Source: Clostridia bacterium
Lineage (GTDB): Bacteria; Bacillota; Clostridia; TANB77; CAG-508
DNA: 64,000 nucleotides
Assembly (NCBI GenBank): GCA_045643205.1
Contig: JAZUKI010000010.1
Coordinates: 64,001 to 128,000, forward strand
Direction: 5' to 3'
Positions 20,701 to 28,575 of this stretch are shown here, in pieces. A program made the position numbers and the translations under genes. The notes beneath the pieces are model-generated. The model saw only the letters and a list, made by a program, of their open reading frames with translations. It was not told the origin of the DNA and made no database searches. Each line of letters opens with the position of its first letter. The stretch's first letter is position 1.

Positions 20701-21006
20701 ACAGGAACATTATCAGATTTAACTAACCATTGCACATATATTGTTTCTAAAGATGAATTTGAAAATATTAAGGCAGAAATATTTGAAGAAAAAGAAGCTG
20801 TAATTAAAGCGAAGAGAAAAGAAGTTGAAAGCGTATTAAAGTATAGCAAACTTATAGAGATATATAACAACTATGGTAAAGAACTTGGAATAAGAAGATT
20901 TAGACATAATAAACATTGGCAATCATCCTTATTGAAATATTTTGATACAAGTGAAACTTTAGGTGGAATTCAAGACATACAAGAAAGTAAAGATATAATT
21001 GATTAA
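17722..21006 (+). CDS. Large hypothetical protein (1094 aa, soluble, K/E-rich)
   Basis: Long ORF with AAAGGAG RBS and own promoter; no motif recognised. Confidence 0.85.
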   Translation: MDVKDYREITKSYFKRENFAMSAKEDKDKEMDSKILDCIIREQPLIGMSVYEFMLKDSLYVLNSIYPNVSSEDASNLDRRISKHLENNMDRTRDEKLAILEKMLKENKNKIDYRRLLLNTVVSFRGAIEYAKAEGSSNSKIQKIEMLRKETIERIRPFRPTTEDPEVYMTGPGQKEDQVVITYSNWDEVVNGKPSKNDVDVGLNENEKKQVEDFFDFEDIRVIPEGYECASNVDNYMAYSLEKVEKIDNTIKVSDANVIIRSIMKQPEYRRAISPEKYHFIALYRMLEFIESYVMLENDETFKKLKDKTGALKLTRKLQELVNNDAKEGKRVDEPFILFMDAHRIETKYKYNTSIVADYDKINQDYELSKDRIYGCIDRLTIENIKDFYDGITDEFEKKMIRSDPMSLIDLYQEGIIPLTEFIINMNILDGKEQFSIINKAWDKKVIKEQDLKLIIEVMSKLDAEIKLISKADKEKYINRLENIVNAKIFKERSKEFSLNEIEAMRQRFEEKDYSKNQVFDELLLAGIINQDLLIEKYYDGMIKAEDLINFTKYIENNEKIKDLVDYSKIKFDSKVLSQVYIQLNLKNIVNSLVNKEHFDKKELSEFFATRPYIIRNCTPEQLKEFQKILKLQTELLQKSDDKMQKEFMETLEDVACVHGVTYDLFSKGVISRYIAEQYGGTEFIKQYQKTQLIDGLRYNDLSSVKNLINAYNHGRIDLSKILKKYTEGEIPSEIYFAFKENRDMTGAVDKDYLIGLYDKYAKTGKSADLEKLEKYYKEFTSIEKDEKVLAEIDKKQVELISAKKSNKSNIVTMARSGVINKENIAQMDLATVAELIMSGNTLNRETAKELFRDINGTTTKRDKLEELFKMGILTQDEMFTILANVYVGNKESEEKQQEIDADNMNYFFDKNYFESEYDEIIIRNEPTRHNRKNVGTLRNEQQRFPIKDRVEFLYSLDTKESVNYKAGPALIIQLPEKNKVIIETLGTPSKDGTGTLSDLTNHCTYIVSKDEFENIKAEIFEEKEAVIKAKRKEVESVLKYSKLIEIYNNYGKELGIRRFRHNKHWQSSLLKYFDTSETLGGIQDIQESKDIID

Positions 21007-21140
21007 TTTAAAATTTATTAAAAATTATAATTGATATTATAGTTAACAATATAAAGTATCTAATTGATTAATTGTAATTTTCTATTGAAAATTAAAGGGT
21101 TTTATGAAAAAATATATAAAGATTAACTAAGGAGAAAATA

Positions 21141-21914
21141 ATGAATAAACTATTGATAAAAATTATTGAGAGTTTTAATAGCAATGAAGAAGCTTTTAAA
21201 AAGGCAATTGCAGAAGACGAAATCAATTGTGATTTTAATTTGAAAAAAGCAACTGACATTATTGCTGCATATGATAATTTTAAACAAAGTACTTTAAACT
21301 TAAGATTAATTGCTATTACGAATGGTAATCCATATACAACTATAGTTCTATGCTTACAATCAATTCTTAACAAATCAAAAATTACAATATGTACAAATAA
21401 TGTTATGAATTCATTAAATAGCACTATAGTAAAAATTATTGCTGAGGCTTGCTCAAAGATTAATAAGCCTGAATTCTCGAATAGATTATCAGTAGAAGAT
21501 TTAGCAAATTATGCTTCTAACTATCCTAGAATGAGTATAATGGTCGCAGATGATATACCTGAGTATACACAATTACTAAAATTAAAGTTACCAGTAAGAT
21601 ATGTTCCAGTATTTTCATTAGACTTATTTTATGATTCAAATGATTTTTCTAGTTCTGTTAATACTATCGATATATATTGTGATAAACATTATATAAATTT
21701 AAATATTATTTCTGATGCTAATTTAGAGAAACTTTTAATAAAAGAAAGTAAGGAAATATCAAGTAGATCAGTACTAATTTTAACTTCTGATACAAGTAAG
21801 TTTGAAGGAGTAAAAAAAGAATTAGATTCGAAAATTGTTTATATGAATTTTAATCCGTTTGATATTTATGAAAAAGAAATAGTTGATCAAATCATAGCAA
21901 CAAAACCTTATTAA
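21141..21914 (+). CDS. Hypothetical protein, possibly a degenerate aldehyde dehydrogenase/ProA-like fold
   Basis: RBS AAGGAG; segment LIAITNGNPYTTIVLCLQSILNKSKITI resembles the ALDH/ProA GVIGII...P.VT.....CL..GNAVIL region. Confidence 0.6.
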   Translation: MNKLLIKIIESFNSNEEAFKKAIAEDEINCDFNLKKATDIIAAYDNFKQSTLNLRLIAITNGNPYTTIVLCLQSILNKSKITICTNNVMNSLNSTIVKIIAEACSKINKPEFSNRLSVEDLANYASNYPRMSIMVADDIPEYTQLLKLKLPVRYVPVFSLDLFYDSNDFSSSVNTIDIYCDKHYINLNIISDANLEKLLIKESKEISSRSVLILTSDTSKFEGVKKELDSKIVYMNFNPFDIYEKEIVDQIIATKPY

Positions 21915-21944
21915 TAAAGAATAAAAAATAAAAAATAAAAAATA

Positions 21945-21985
21945 AAAATAGCAGATATACAATATGTTTATCTGCTATTTTTTTT
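21945..21985. terminator. Bidirectional intrinsic terminator
   Basis: AAAATAGCAGATA / TATCTGCTATTTT between convergent genes. Confidence 0.8.
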
Positions 21986-21990
21986 ATTTA

Positions 21991-22761
21991 CTATTTAATT
22001 TCTGTTCCGCCCCATTCTACAACAACAAATCCTGTTCTTTCTGGAGTTTCTAATTTTTGTTCAGGTACTTCAATATAATCATCTAGTGGCTTAAATTGCA
22101 TTAATACTCTAATTATTGTATCTGGTTCAGTAGAAAATTCTAATGGCATAATCTCATTTATTTCTCCTGGTGTAGCAAATCGTATATAGTTATATTTATT
22201 TTCTTGTAATTTAGGTAACCAATATACAATAAATTCTTCTGCTTCTCTTTCAGTAAGACCAAGTATTGTAAGTTTTTCTTCTAAAAATTGTATTGAATCT
22301 TCTCCTGATACAACGAATCCATCTTCAAAATTTTCTAATTCATTTTGTATTCCTTCCCAATATAAAGAATATAATTGCCTTCCTGTATTAGTATCAATTA
22401 AAGTTCCATCTGGATTAGCAATAACATTCCATCCATTTTTATAATCAGGATAAGAACAAGTTATATTTTCTGGTCTGCCTAAATTAACAGATAATTGTAT
22501 AGTTGTTTCTGGATATAAATATATAATAGGCTTGGCAAGTCCTGATGGTACATTACCCCTTGCTGAAGGAATAGAAAATCCACTACCATCATAATCTGAT
22601 GGATAAGAATTTGTAGAATTCTCATTACAATCATTACATTCAGAATCTTTAGGATAAGGCAATATTGAAAATAAAAAAACACCTATAACAAGTAATGCAA
22701 CAACTATAATAGCAATAATAAAAAATTTTGAATTATTATTTTTTGATTGATTGTTTTCCAT
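21991..22761 (-). CDS. Conserved hypothetical membrane-anchored protein (KPIIYLYP...VVEWGG family)
   Basis: N-terminal TM; KPIIYLYPE, YSLYWEG, EFIVYWLP, PDTIIRV, GFVVVEWGG motifs of a widespread uncharacterised family; ATG at 22761 follows GGAGGTG. Confidence 0.8.
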   Translation of the reverse strand: MENNQSKNNNSKFFIIAIIVVALLVIGVFLFSILPYPKDSECNDCNENSTNSYPSDYDGSGFSIPSARGNVPSGLAKPIIYLYPETTIQLSVNLGRPENITCSYPDYKNGWNVIANPDGTLIDTNTGRQLYSLYWEGIQNELENFEDGFVVSGEDSIQFLEEKLTILGLTEREAEEFIVYWLPKLQENKYNYIRFATPGEINEIMPLEFSTEPDTIIRVLMQFKPLDDYIEVPEQKLETPERTGFVVVEWGGTEIK

Positions 22762-22857
22762 TTTAAACACCTCCAAAAATATATTAGAATAAAATGTACT
22801 TTTTTAAATTAATTGTATAAATAAAACAAATTAATTTAATTTATTTTACGATTAAAT

Positions 22858-23292
22858 TTATAAATATTCAATTGCTTTTCTAGCTAATTCATCACATCTG
22901 TTATTTAATTCTACGTCAGAATGTCCTTTAACTTTAATAAAATTAATTTTATGATATTGTGATAAGTTATAAAGTGCTTGCCATAATTCTTGATTTTTTA
23001 CTGGCTTTTTATCAGCAGTTTTCCAATTGTTTTTTACCCAATTGTAAATCCAACCTTTTTCAAATCCATTTACAGAATAAGCACTATCACTATATAAATC
23101 AACTTCACAAGGTCTATTTAGCATTTTTAAACCTTCGACTATAGCTGTTAATTCCATTTCATTATTAGTAGTTTCTTTTTTACCACCATTAATTTCTTTT
23201 TTGATATCTTTAAATAATAAAACAGCAGCCCATCCGCCAGGACCTGGATTTCCAGAGCAGGCTCCGTCTGTATAAATAACAACTTTGTCCAT
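22858..23292 (-). CDS. rnhA: Ribonuclease HI
   Basis: YTDGACSGNPGPGG, TTNNEMEL, YSDSAY, VKGHS, NNRCDELA. Confidence 0.97.
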   Translation of the reverse strand: MDKVVIYTDGACSGNPGPGGWAAVLLFKDIKKEINGGKKETTNNEMELTAIVEGLKMLNRPCEVDLYSDSAYSVNGFEKGWIYNWVKNNWKTADKKPVKNQELWQALYNLSQYHKINFIKVKGHSDVELNNRCDELARKAIEYL

Positions 23293-23380
23293 GTAAACCT
23301 CCTAGGTTTGTAAATTTCTATGATTTTATGCTATTATAACAACAACAAAATTAAAAAACAAGAAGAAAGAGGAGCAATTA

Positions 23381-24550
23381 ATGGACAAAATATTAGGAAT
23401 TATTGCAGAATTCAACCCTTTTCATAATGGCCATAAACATCTAATTGATCAGGCTAAAAGTATAGTTAATCCAGACTATACTATTATTGCTATGTCTGGA
23501 AACTTTACACAAAGAGGGCAAGCATCAATTATCAATAAATTTGAAAAAACAAAAACAGTTTTAAATGCTGGTGCAAATTTAGTTATAGAAATACCTACAA
23601 TTTATAGTATTTCAAGTGCTGAAAATTTTGCCGAGGGTGGAGTAAAGACTTTAATGCAAGCAAAAGTTACTCATTTAGCATTTGGAATAGAAGATGATAA
23701 TTTAGAAATAATTAAATTGATAGCGGATACTTTAGTAGAAGAAAAAGAAGAATATAAAGTAATCTTAAAACAGTATATGAATGAAGGGTTATCTTTTGCT
23801 CAAAGTAGATGCAAAGCTTTAATCGATTATTTAAAAAACGATAAAGTAGAAGAGACAATAAATAAACCTAATAATATTTTAGCAATTGAATATTTAAAAG
23901 CTATTAAAAAATTGCATGCTAACTTTGAAATTGTTCCGGTTAAAAGAAACTCTGAATTCAATAGCAGTACAGATATAAGAAATAAAATTTTTAACAATGA
24001 AGAATATGAATATGATGTTCCTAAAGAATCATACGAAACCTTAATGGAAAATAATGGAAATTACATAAGCTTAAAGAATTTTGAAAAAATAATAATATAT
24101 AAGTTAAGAACAATGAATGAAGATTCCTTAAAAGAATTGGCAGATGTAGCAGAAGGATTAGATAATTTAATGGTAAAATATGCCAAAGAAACAAATGAAT
24201 TGGATAGCTTAATTAAAAATATAAAATCTAAAAGATATACACAAACTAGAATACAAAGAATTCTGCTATATGTTTTATTTGAAATAACAAAAGAAGATAT
24301 GAAAATGTCAAAGGAAGGTATGCCATATGTTAGAGTTTTAGGAATGGATGCAAATGGTGAAAAATTGTTAAAGAATATTGATTCAAATATTTTAATTACA
24401 TCTGTTAAAAAATTCTATGATAGCTGCAATAATAGTAATTACAAAAGATTACTTGATTTAGATATTAAAGCAACTAACATTTATTCTTTGATGACTAATA
24501 GAAAATGTAACGCTGATTTGGATTATACAGAAGGATTAATTGTAAAATAA
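23381..24550 (+). CDS. tmcAL: tRNA(Met) cytidine acetate ligase (YlbM/TmcAL)
   Basis: GIIAEFNPFHNGH, MSGNFTQRG, PNNILAIEY, EGLDN, KSKRYTQTRIQR. Confidence 0.92.
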   Translation: MDKILGIIAEFNPFHNGHKHLIDQAKSIVNPDYTIIAMSGNFTQRGQASIINKFEKTKTVLNAGANLVIEIPTIYSISSAENFAEGGVKTLMQAKVTHLAFGIEDDNLEIIKLIADTLVEEKEEYKVILKQYMNEGLSFAQSRCKALIDYLKNDKVEETINKPNNILAIEYLKAIKKLHANFEIVPVKRNSEFNSSTDIRNKIFNNEEYEYDVPKESYETLMENNGNYISLKNFEKIIIYKLRTMNEDSLKELADVAEGLDNLMVKYAKETNELDSLIKNIKSKRYTQTRIQRILLYVLFEITKEDMKMSKEGMPYVRVLGMDANGEKLLKNIDSNILITSVKKFYDSCNNSNYKRLLDLDIKATNIYSLMTNRKCNADLDYTEGLIVK

Positions 24551-24736
24551 TAACTAATAAATTAGACAGTGAAATAAAAGAGAAAGATAATAATAAACAA
24601 AATAGCAAATAAAATAATAACTTAAACTCAGTAATACCAGTTATTTCCAATATTACAATAATGTTAAGTTTAATTGAAAAGGGTGGAATAGTTTCAATTT
24701 TTTATATAAACTTATAGTGTATACTTAGGAGGAGAA

Positions 24737-25297
24737 ATGGAAGAAGAGAGTTTTGCTAGTTACATATTGTCTCAAACTGATTGGGGTAAAAAATTAGAAA
24801 TAATGTTTTATCTTAAAAAGAAAACAAATATTTATTATAATAATGCAGTTATTTTTAAAACATTAATAAGCAAAATGTTTACTGAATATTTAAATGAAAA
24901 AAATCCTGATATGAATTTAGACACTAACCTTATTATAACTGCAAGATTATTATGTGATTGTTGCAAAAAAGAAGATTCGACAGATCAAGATGAGATTCAT
25001 AGCTATGCAAAAAAAGGTGCTGAATATTTAGCAACTCTTGGATTTGATGAGCGTTTTTGCCAAATATGTGAAGGAGTTAATAGATATACTTTAAAAGATA
25101 ATAGACCTATTGAAAGTGATATTATTGAACTTGCTGATCAATTTGGTGGATTAGTTTTAGACAGACCAGAAAGAAAAGGTTTTAGTCCTGAGGAAGCAAT
25201 AGAAACTATAAAAAATAATAATTTAAAAGATGTTGACAATAGAGTACTAAATCAATTTTCTGAATTTGTTAAGCTTTTAGATAGTATAGAAGCTTAA
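24737..25297 (+). CDS. Degenerate HD-GYP-like protein
   Basis: ARLLCDCCK (cf. AALLHDIGK), GAEYL, IIELADQFGGLVLDRPERKGFSPEEA (cf. IIAVADAFDAMTSDRPYRKA); RBS AGGAGG. Confidence 0.7.
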   Translation: MEEESFASYILSQTDWGKKLEIMFYLKKKTNIYYNNAVIFKTLISKMFTEYLNEKNPDMNLDTNLIITARLLCDCCKKEDSTDQDEIHSYAKKGAEYLATLGFDERFCQICEGVNRYTLKDNRPIESDIIELADQFGGLVLDRPERKGFSPEEAIETIKNNNLKDVDNRVLNQFSEFVKLLDSIEA

Positions 25298-25307
25298 GGA
25301 GGTTATT

Positions 25308-25835
25308 ATGAGTATATTAAGTAAAAAGATTGAAGATTATAATGACTTGGTAAAAAAAGGAAAACAAGCTGATGTTTCTAAAGAGAGTGTAAAGAAAGCA
25401 TTAGACACTCACAATGAATTAAAATCAGCATTAGCAGATCAAATTAAGAAAAAATCGAAGCCAAAAGTTTTTCAAGTACAAATGCCAAACGAAGTTAAAA
25501 AGAATAAAGATAATAAAAGAATGCAAACACCTTATAGCATATTTAATTCAAGTACAGTAGTAGAAAATTTAGAAGATATAGGTGTTACTGCAGCTTCAAT
25601 TAATAGAAAATCTACAGATGATAAAGAAATAGATTTTAAAAGTGGAAACAATGGTTTACATACTGTTAAATTAAAATTTGTTGATAATTCTAATTTATAT
25701 CAAGTTGAAGAAGATAATGTTTTAAAATTAAATCCACTTCAAACTACTTTTTCAGAGAATGAATTAAATGAATATACTTTTCAAAATCCAATGTTAGATA
25801 ATTATAGAAAAAGCTTTGGTAGTGAGAGTTTCTAA
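25308..25835 (+). CDS. Hypothetical protein
   Basis: AAGGAGG RBS, 10 bp after the HD-like gene; no motif recognised. Confidence 0.75.
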   Translation: MSILSKKIEDYNDLVKKGKQADVSKESVKKALDTHNELKSALADQIKKKSKPKVFQVQMPNEVKKNKDNKRMQTPYSIFNSSTVVENLEDIGVTAASINRKSTDDKEIDFKSGNNGLHTVKLKFVDNSNLYQVEEDNVLKLNPLQTTFSENELNEYTFQNPMLDNYRKSFGSESF

Positions 25836-26008
25836 GTTAAACAAGAGCTAATTGAAAATAACTAAAAAATACTAAATACTAAAATTGAAAACAACTAAAA
25901 ATTGAAAGCAAATAAAATTAATAAAGCAATTTAAAAATAAAAAAATTTTTGTTTTAAATTTGCTAAATTATAATTAGTGTTAATAAATTAAATTAGATTA
26001 AATTAAAT

Positions 26009-26039
26009 GAAATAGGGAAGGCTACAACCTTCCTTATTT
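26009..26039 (+). terminator. Probable intrinsic terminator
   Basis: AAATAGGGAAGG / CCTTCCTTATTT hairpin. Confidence 0.6.
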
Positions 26040-26263
26040 ATATGCTTTTACAAAATTATATATAAAAAATAATGGAAAGATATAGTAATTATGGTTACTA
26101 TTTTATGGTAAGTACGATTTCCAATATTCTCCAATCGCTTATAAAATAAGCAAAAGAGCACTTGCAAAATATCAAATATATGATAAAATGACTTTGATTT
26201 TTTTTACATAATTTTATTACATAAGTTTTATCAATTAAATTTAACTTAATAAGGAGATATAAA

Positions 26264-27145
26264 ATGGACAAACAAATTAAACTATTTTTAGAATTCTTAA
26301 AGAATGAAAAGCGATTATCTGAAAACACTTTACAATCTTATAATCGTGATATTCAACAATACAAATTATTCTTAGAAATGAATAGATTAAATTATTTGAA
26401 AATCGAGAATGATGAATTACAAGAATATATTGATGGTTTAAAAGAGTTTGGAAAGAAACCTGCTACAGTATCAAGAAATTTAGCAACATTAAGATCATTC
26501 TATAATTTCCTTATGAGAACAAAGAAAATAAAAGATGATCCAACATTCAATGTACAAGCACCTAGAGTAGAAAAGAAAACACCAAGTGTTTTAACATCTG
26601 ATGAAGTTAATCTACTTCTTGAGCAACCAAAAGATGTTGATTTAAAAGGAACACGTGATAAAGCAATGCTTGAAGTTGCTTATGCTACAGGAATGAAGGT
26701 AACTGAAATTATTGATTTAAATATTGAAGACTTCAAGGAAGAACAAGGAATCATTTCTATAAAGAGTAGAAAAAGTACAAGAGATATTCCATTAGGCGGA
26801 ATGGCCATTGCAGCATTAAAAGAATATATTAGTGATGCTAGACCAATTTTATTAAAAGATGAAAACAACAGAGCATTATTTATAAACATGAATGGTTCAA
26901 GATTAACAAGACAAGGTTTTTGGAAAATAGTAAAATACTATAAAGAGAAAGCTCATATTGAAAAAGATATTACACCACACGTTTTACGTCATTCATTTGC
27001 ATCACATCTATTACAAAATGGTGCTGATATGAAGTCTATCCAAACAATGTTAGGACATTCAGATATTTCATCAACAAAAGTTTATGCTAGTTTTGAAAAT
27101 GCAGAGATAAGAGATGTTTATAAACATACTTTCCCAAGAGCATAG
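26264..27145 (+). CDS. xerD: Tyrosine recombinase XerD (RipX-like)
   Basis: LSENTLQSYNRD, RDKAMLEVAYATG, LTRQGFWK, TPHVLRHSFASHLL, MLGHSDISSTKVY. Confidence 0.9.
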   Translation: MDKQIKLFLEFLKNEKRLSENTLQSYNRDIQQYKLFLEMNRLNYLKIENDELQEYIDGLKEFGKKPATVSRNLATLRSFYNFLMRTKKIKDDPTFNVQAPRVEKKTPSVLTSDEVNLLLEQPKDVDLKGTRDKAMLEVAYATGMKVTEIIDLNIEDFKEEQGIISIKSRKSTRDIPLGGMAIAALKEYISDARPILLKDENNRALFINMNGSRLTRQGFWKIVKYYKEKAHIEKDITPHVLRHSFASHLLQNGADMKSIQTMLGHSDISSTKVYASFENAEIRDVYKHTFPRA

Positions 27146-27183
27146 TAATAGTAAAAGTAAATTATATTAAAAATAAATAGAAT

Positions 27184-27246
27184 AAAAAGTGGTTATTTGA
27201 AGTGGACTAAATATAGTTCACTTCAATTTTTATTAACCACTTTTTT
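27184..27246 (+). terminator. Intrinsic terminator after xerD with inner palindrome
   Basis: AAAAAGTGGTTA / TAACCACTTTTT stem; inner TTGAAGTGGACTA-AATA-TAGTTCACTTCAA. Confidence 0.8.
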
Positions 27247-27269
27247 CTTTTAAGTAAGTGTCATTTCTA

Positions 27270-27298
27270 TTGTTATTTAAAATTTGTAATGATATAAT
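27270..27298 (+). promoter_or_regulatory. sigma-A promoter of the ThrRS-like gene
   Basis: TTGTTA-17 bp-TATAAT with extended TG; leaves a very short leader with no T-box. Confidence 0.6.
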
Positions 27299-27332
27299 TC
27301 CGTTGATTATCTATTTAATTGAAAGGATAAAA

Positions 27333-28556
27333 ATGAAATCAGCAGAAACCAATAAATTAGGTACAGAATTAGAACTTTTTACTTCAGTTGATTATATAGG
27401 AAAAGGTTTTCCTATAATGCTTCCTAGAGGTGCACGTTTAATCAAAAATTTGCGTAACTACATTGAGTATTTGGAAGAAAGATATGGATATAAAATAGTT
27501 AGAACACCTAATGTTTCTAATTCCATCATTTATAAGATGGAAGATAGATTTGATGATACTAACAAAGAAGAAATGTTCATAATAGATAATGATCCTGAAA
27601 ATCTTAGCGATGATGAAAATGACTTTGTGTTAAGACCTAGAATTGAGCCATTTCATTGTGCTGTTTTTGGCATAAAGAAACATAGTTACAGAGAGCTTCC
27701 AGTAAAATTATGTGAAACTTCTACTGTATATAGAAATGAAAAAGATTTAAAAGGATTAAACATAGTAAGACAATTCACAATGTCTGATGCAAGTGTTTTT
27801 TGCGAACCAGAAAATGTAGAAAAAGAAATATACAATGGATTAAGATTTCAAAAAGCATTAATTGAAAAAATGCAATTAGATAATATTACATATGAAATAA
27901 ATACTTGGAATATTTCTAAAAAAGAAGACTACATTGGAACAATAGCAGAATGGGAAGATGTTACTAATGCAATGAAAAAGGCATTAGAAGATTTAGGATT
28001 ACCATATACAGTAAACAATCAAGCAAAAATATACGGACCGATAATTAGAGTAAAACAAGATGGAATTAACTTTTCAAAAATACAAATTGATTTTGAAATC
28101 ACCCATAGATTTGATTTGGCATATACCAATATTGATAATGAAGAAAAAACACCGATATATATTCATAATACATTAATTGGAAGTTACGAAAATTTATTAG
28201 GAATATTAATAAGCAAATATCATGGTAACATACCTCTTTGGATAGAACCACATCAAGTAGTTATTATTACAGATGGAGCAAATGTTAAAGAGTTTGCAGA
28301 ACAATCAAGAAGAGAATTTGTTGCTAATGGAATTAGAGTTGAAGTTGATGATGTAAATATAAGTGTTCAAAAAAGAATTGATCATAACAATGAAATAAAA
28401 ATTCCATATGTTTTAGTAGCTAAAAAAGACGGATTAAATAGAAATCAATTGTATTTATGCAGTGAAGGAAAACAAATACCAATTGATGTTAAAGAATTAA
28501 TAAACAAAATTAACGATAGATTAGCAGAAGAGGGATATGTAAGAGATACTGAATAA
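27333..28556 (+). CDS. Threonyl-tRNA synthetase-like paralog (catalytic and anticodon domains only, degenerate active site)
   Basis: NKLGTELELFT, SYRELP...ETSTVYRNE...VRQFT, YGP, RFDL.Y, PIYIH...GSYE, PLWIEPHQV, KIPYVLV; ATG at 27333 after GAAAGGA; no TGS or editing domains. Confidence 0.85.
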   Translation: MKSAETNKLGTELELFTSVDYIGKGFPIMLPRGARLIKNLRNYIEYLEERYGYKIVRTPNVSNSIIYKMEDRFDDTNKEEMFIIDNDPENLSDDENDFVLRPRIEPFHCAVFGIKKHSYRELPVKLCETSTVYRNEKDLKGLNIVRQFTMSDASVFCEPENVEKEIYNGLRFQKALIEKMQLDNITYEINTWNISKKEDYIGTIAEWEDVTNAMKKALEDLGLPYTVNNQAKIYGPIIRVKQDGINFSKIQIDFEITHRFDLAYTNIDNEEKTPIYIHNTLIGSYENLLGILISKYHGNIPLWIEPHQVVIITDGANVKEFAEQSRREFVANGIRVEVDDVNISVQKRIDHNNEIKIPYVLVAKKDGLNRNQLYLCSEGKQIPIDVKELINKINDRLAEEGYVRDTE

Positions 28557-28575
28557 AAAACAGGAGGATAATAAA

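Noticed and set aside
15052-21914. Prophage or integrative island at the tRNA (rusA, hydrolase, orphan genes)
   Set aside because: No integrase, structural genes or duplicated tRNA 3' end (att site) found
26203-26224. TTACATAA direct repeat upstream of xerD as a dif-like site
   Set aside because: The arms are direct, not inverted; low complexity
27258-27332. Upstream extensions from the ORF track (also at nusA, truA, recG, recN, lysS, rimP)
   Set aside because: They overlap promoter or RBS sequence; downstream starts have proper Shine-Dalgarno motifs and match family N-termini
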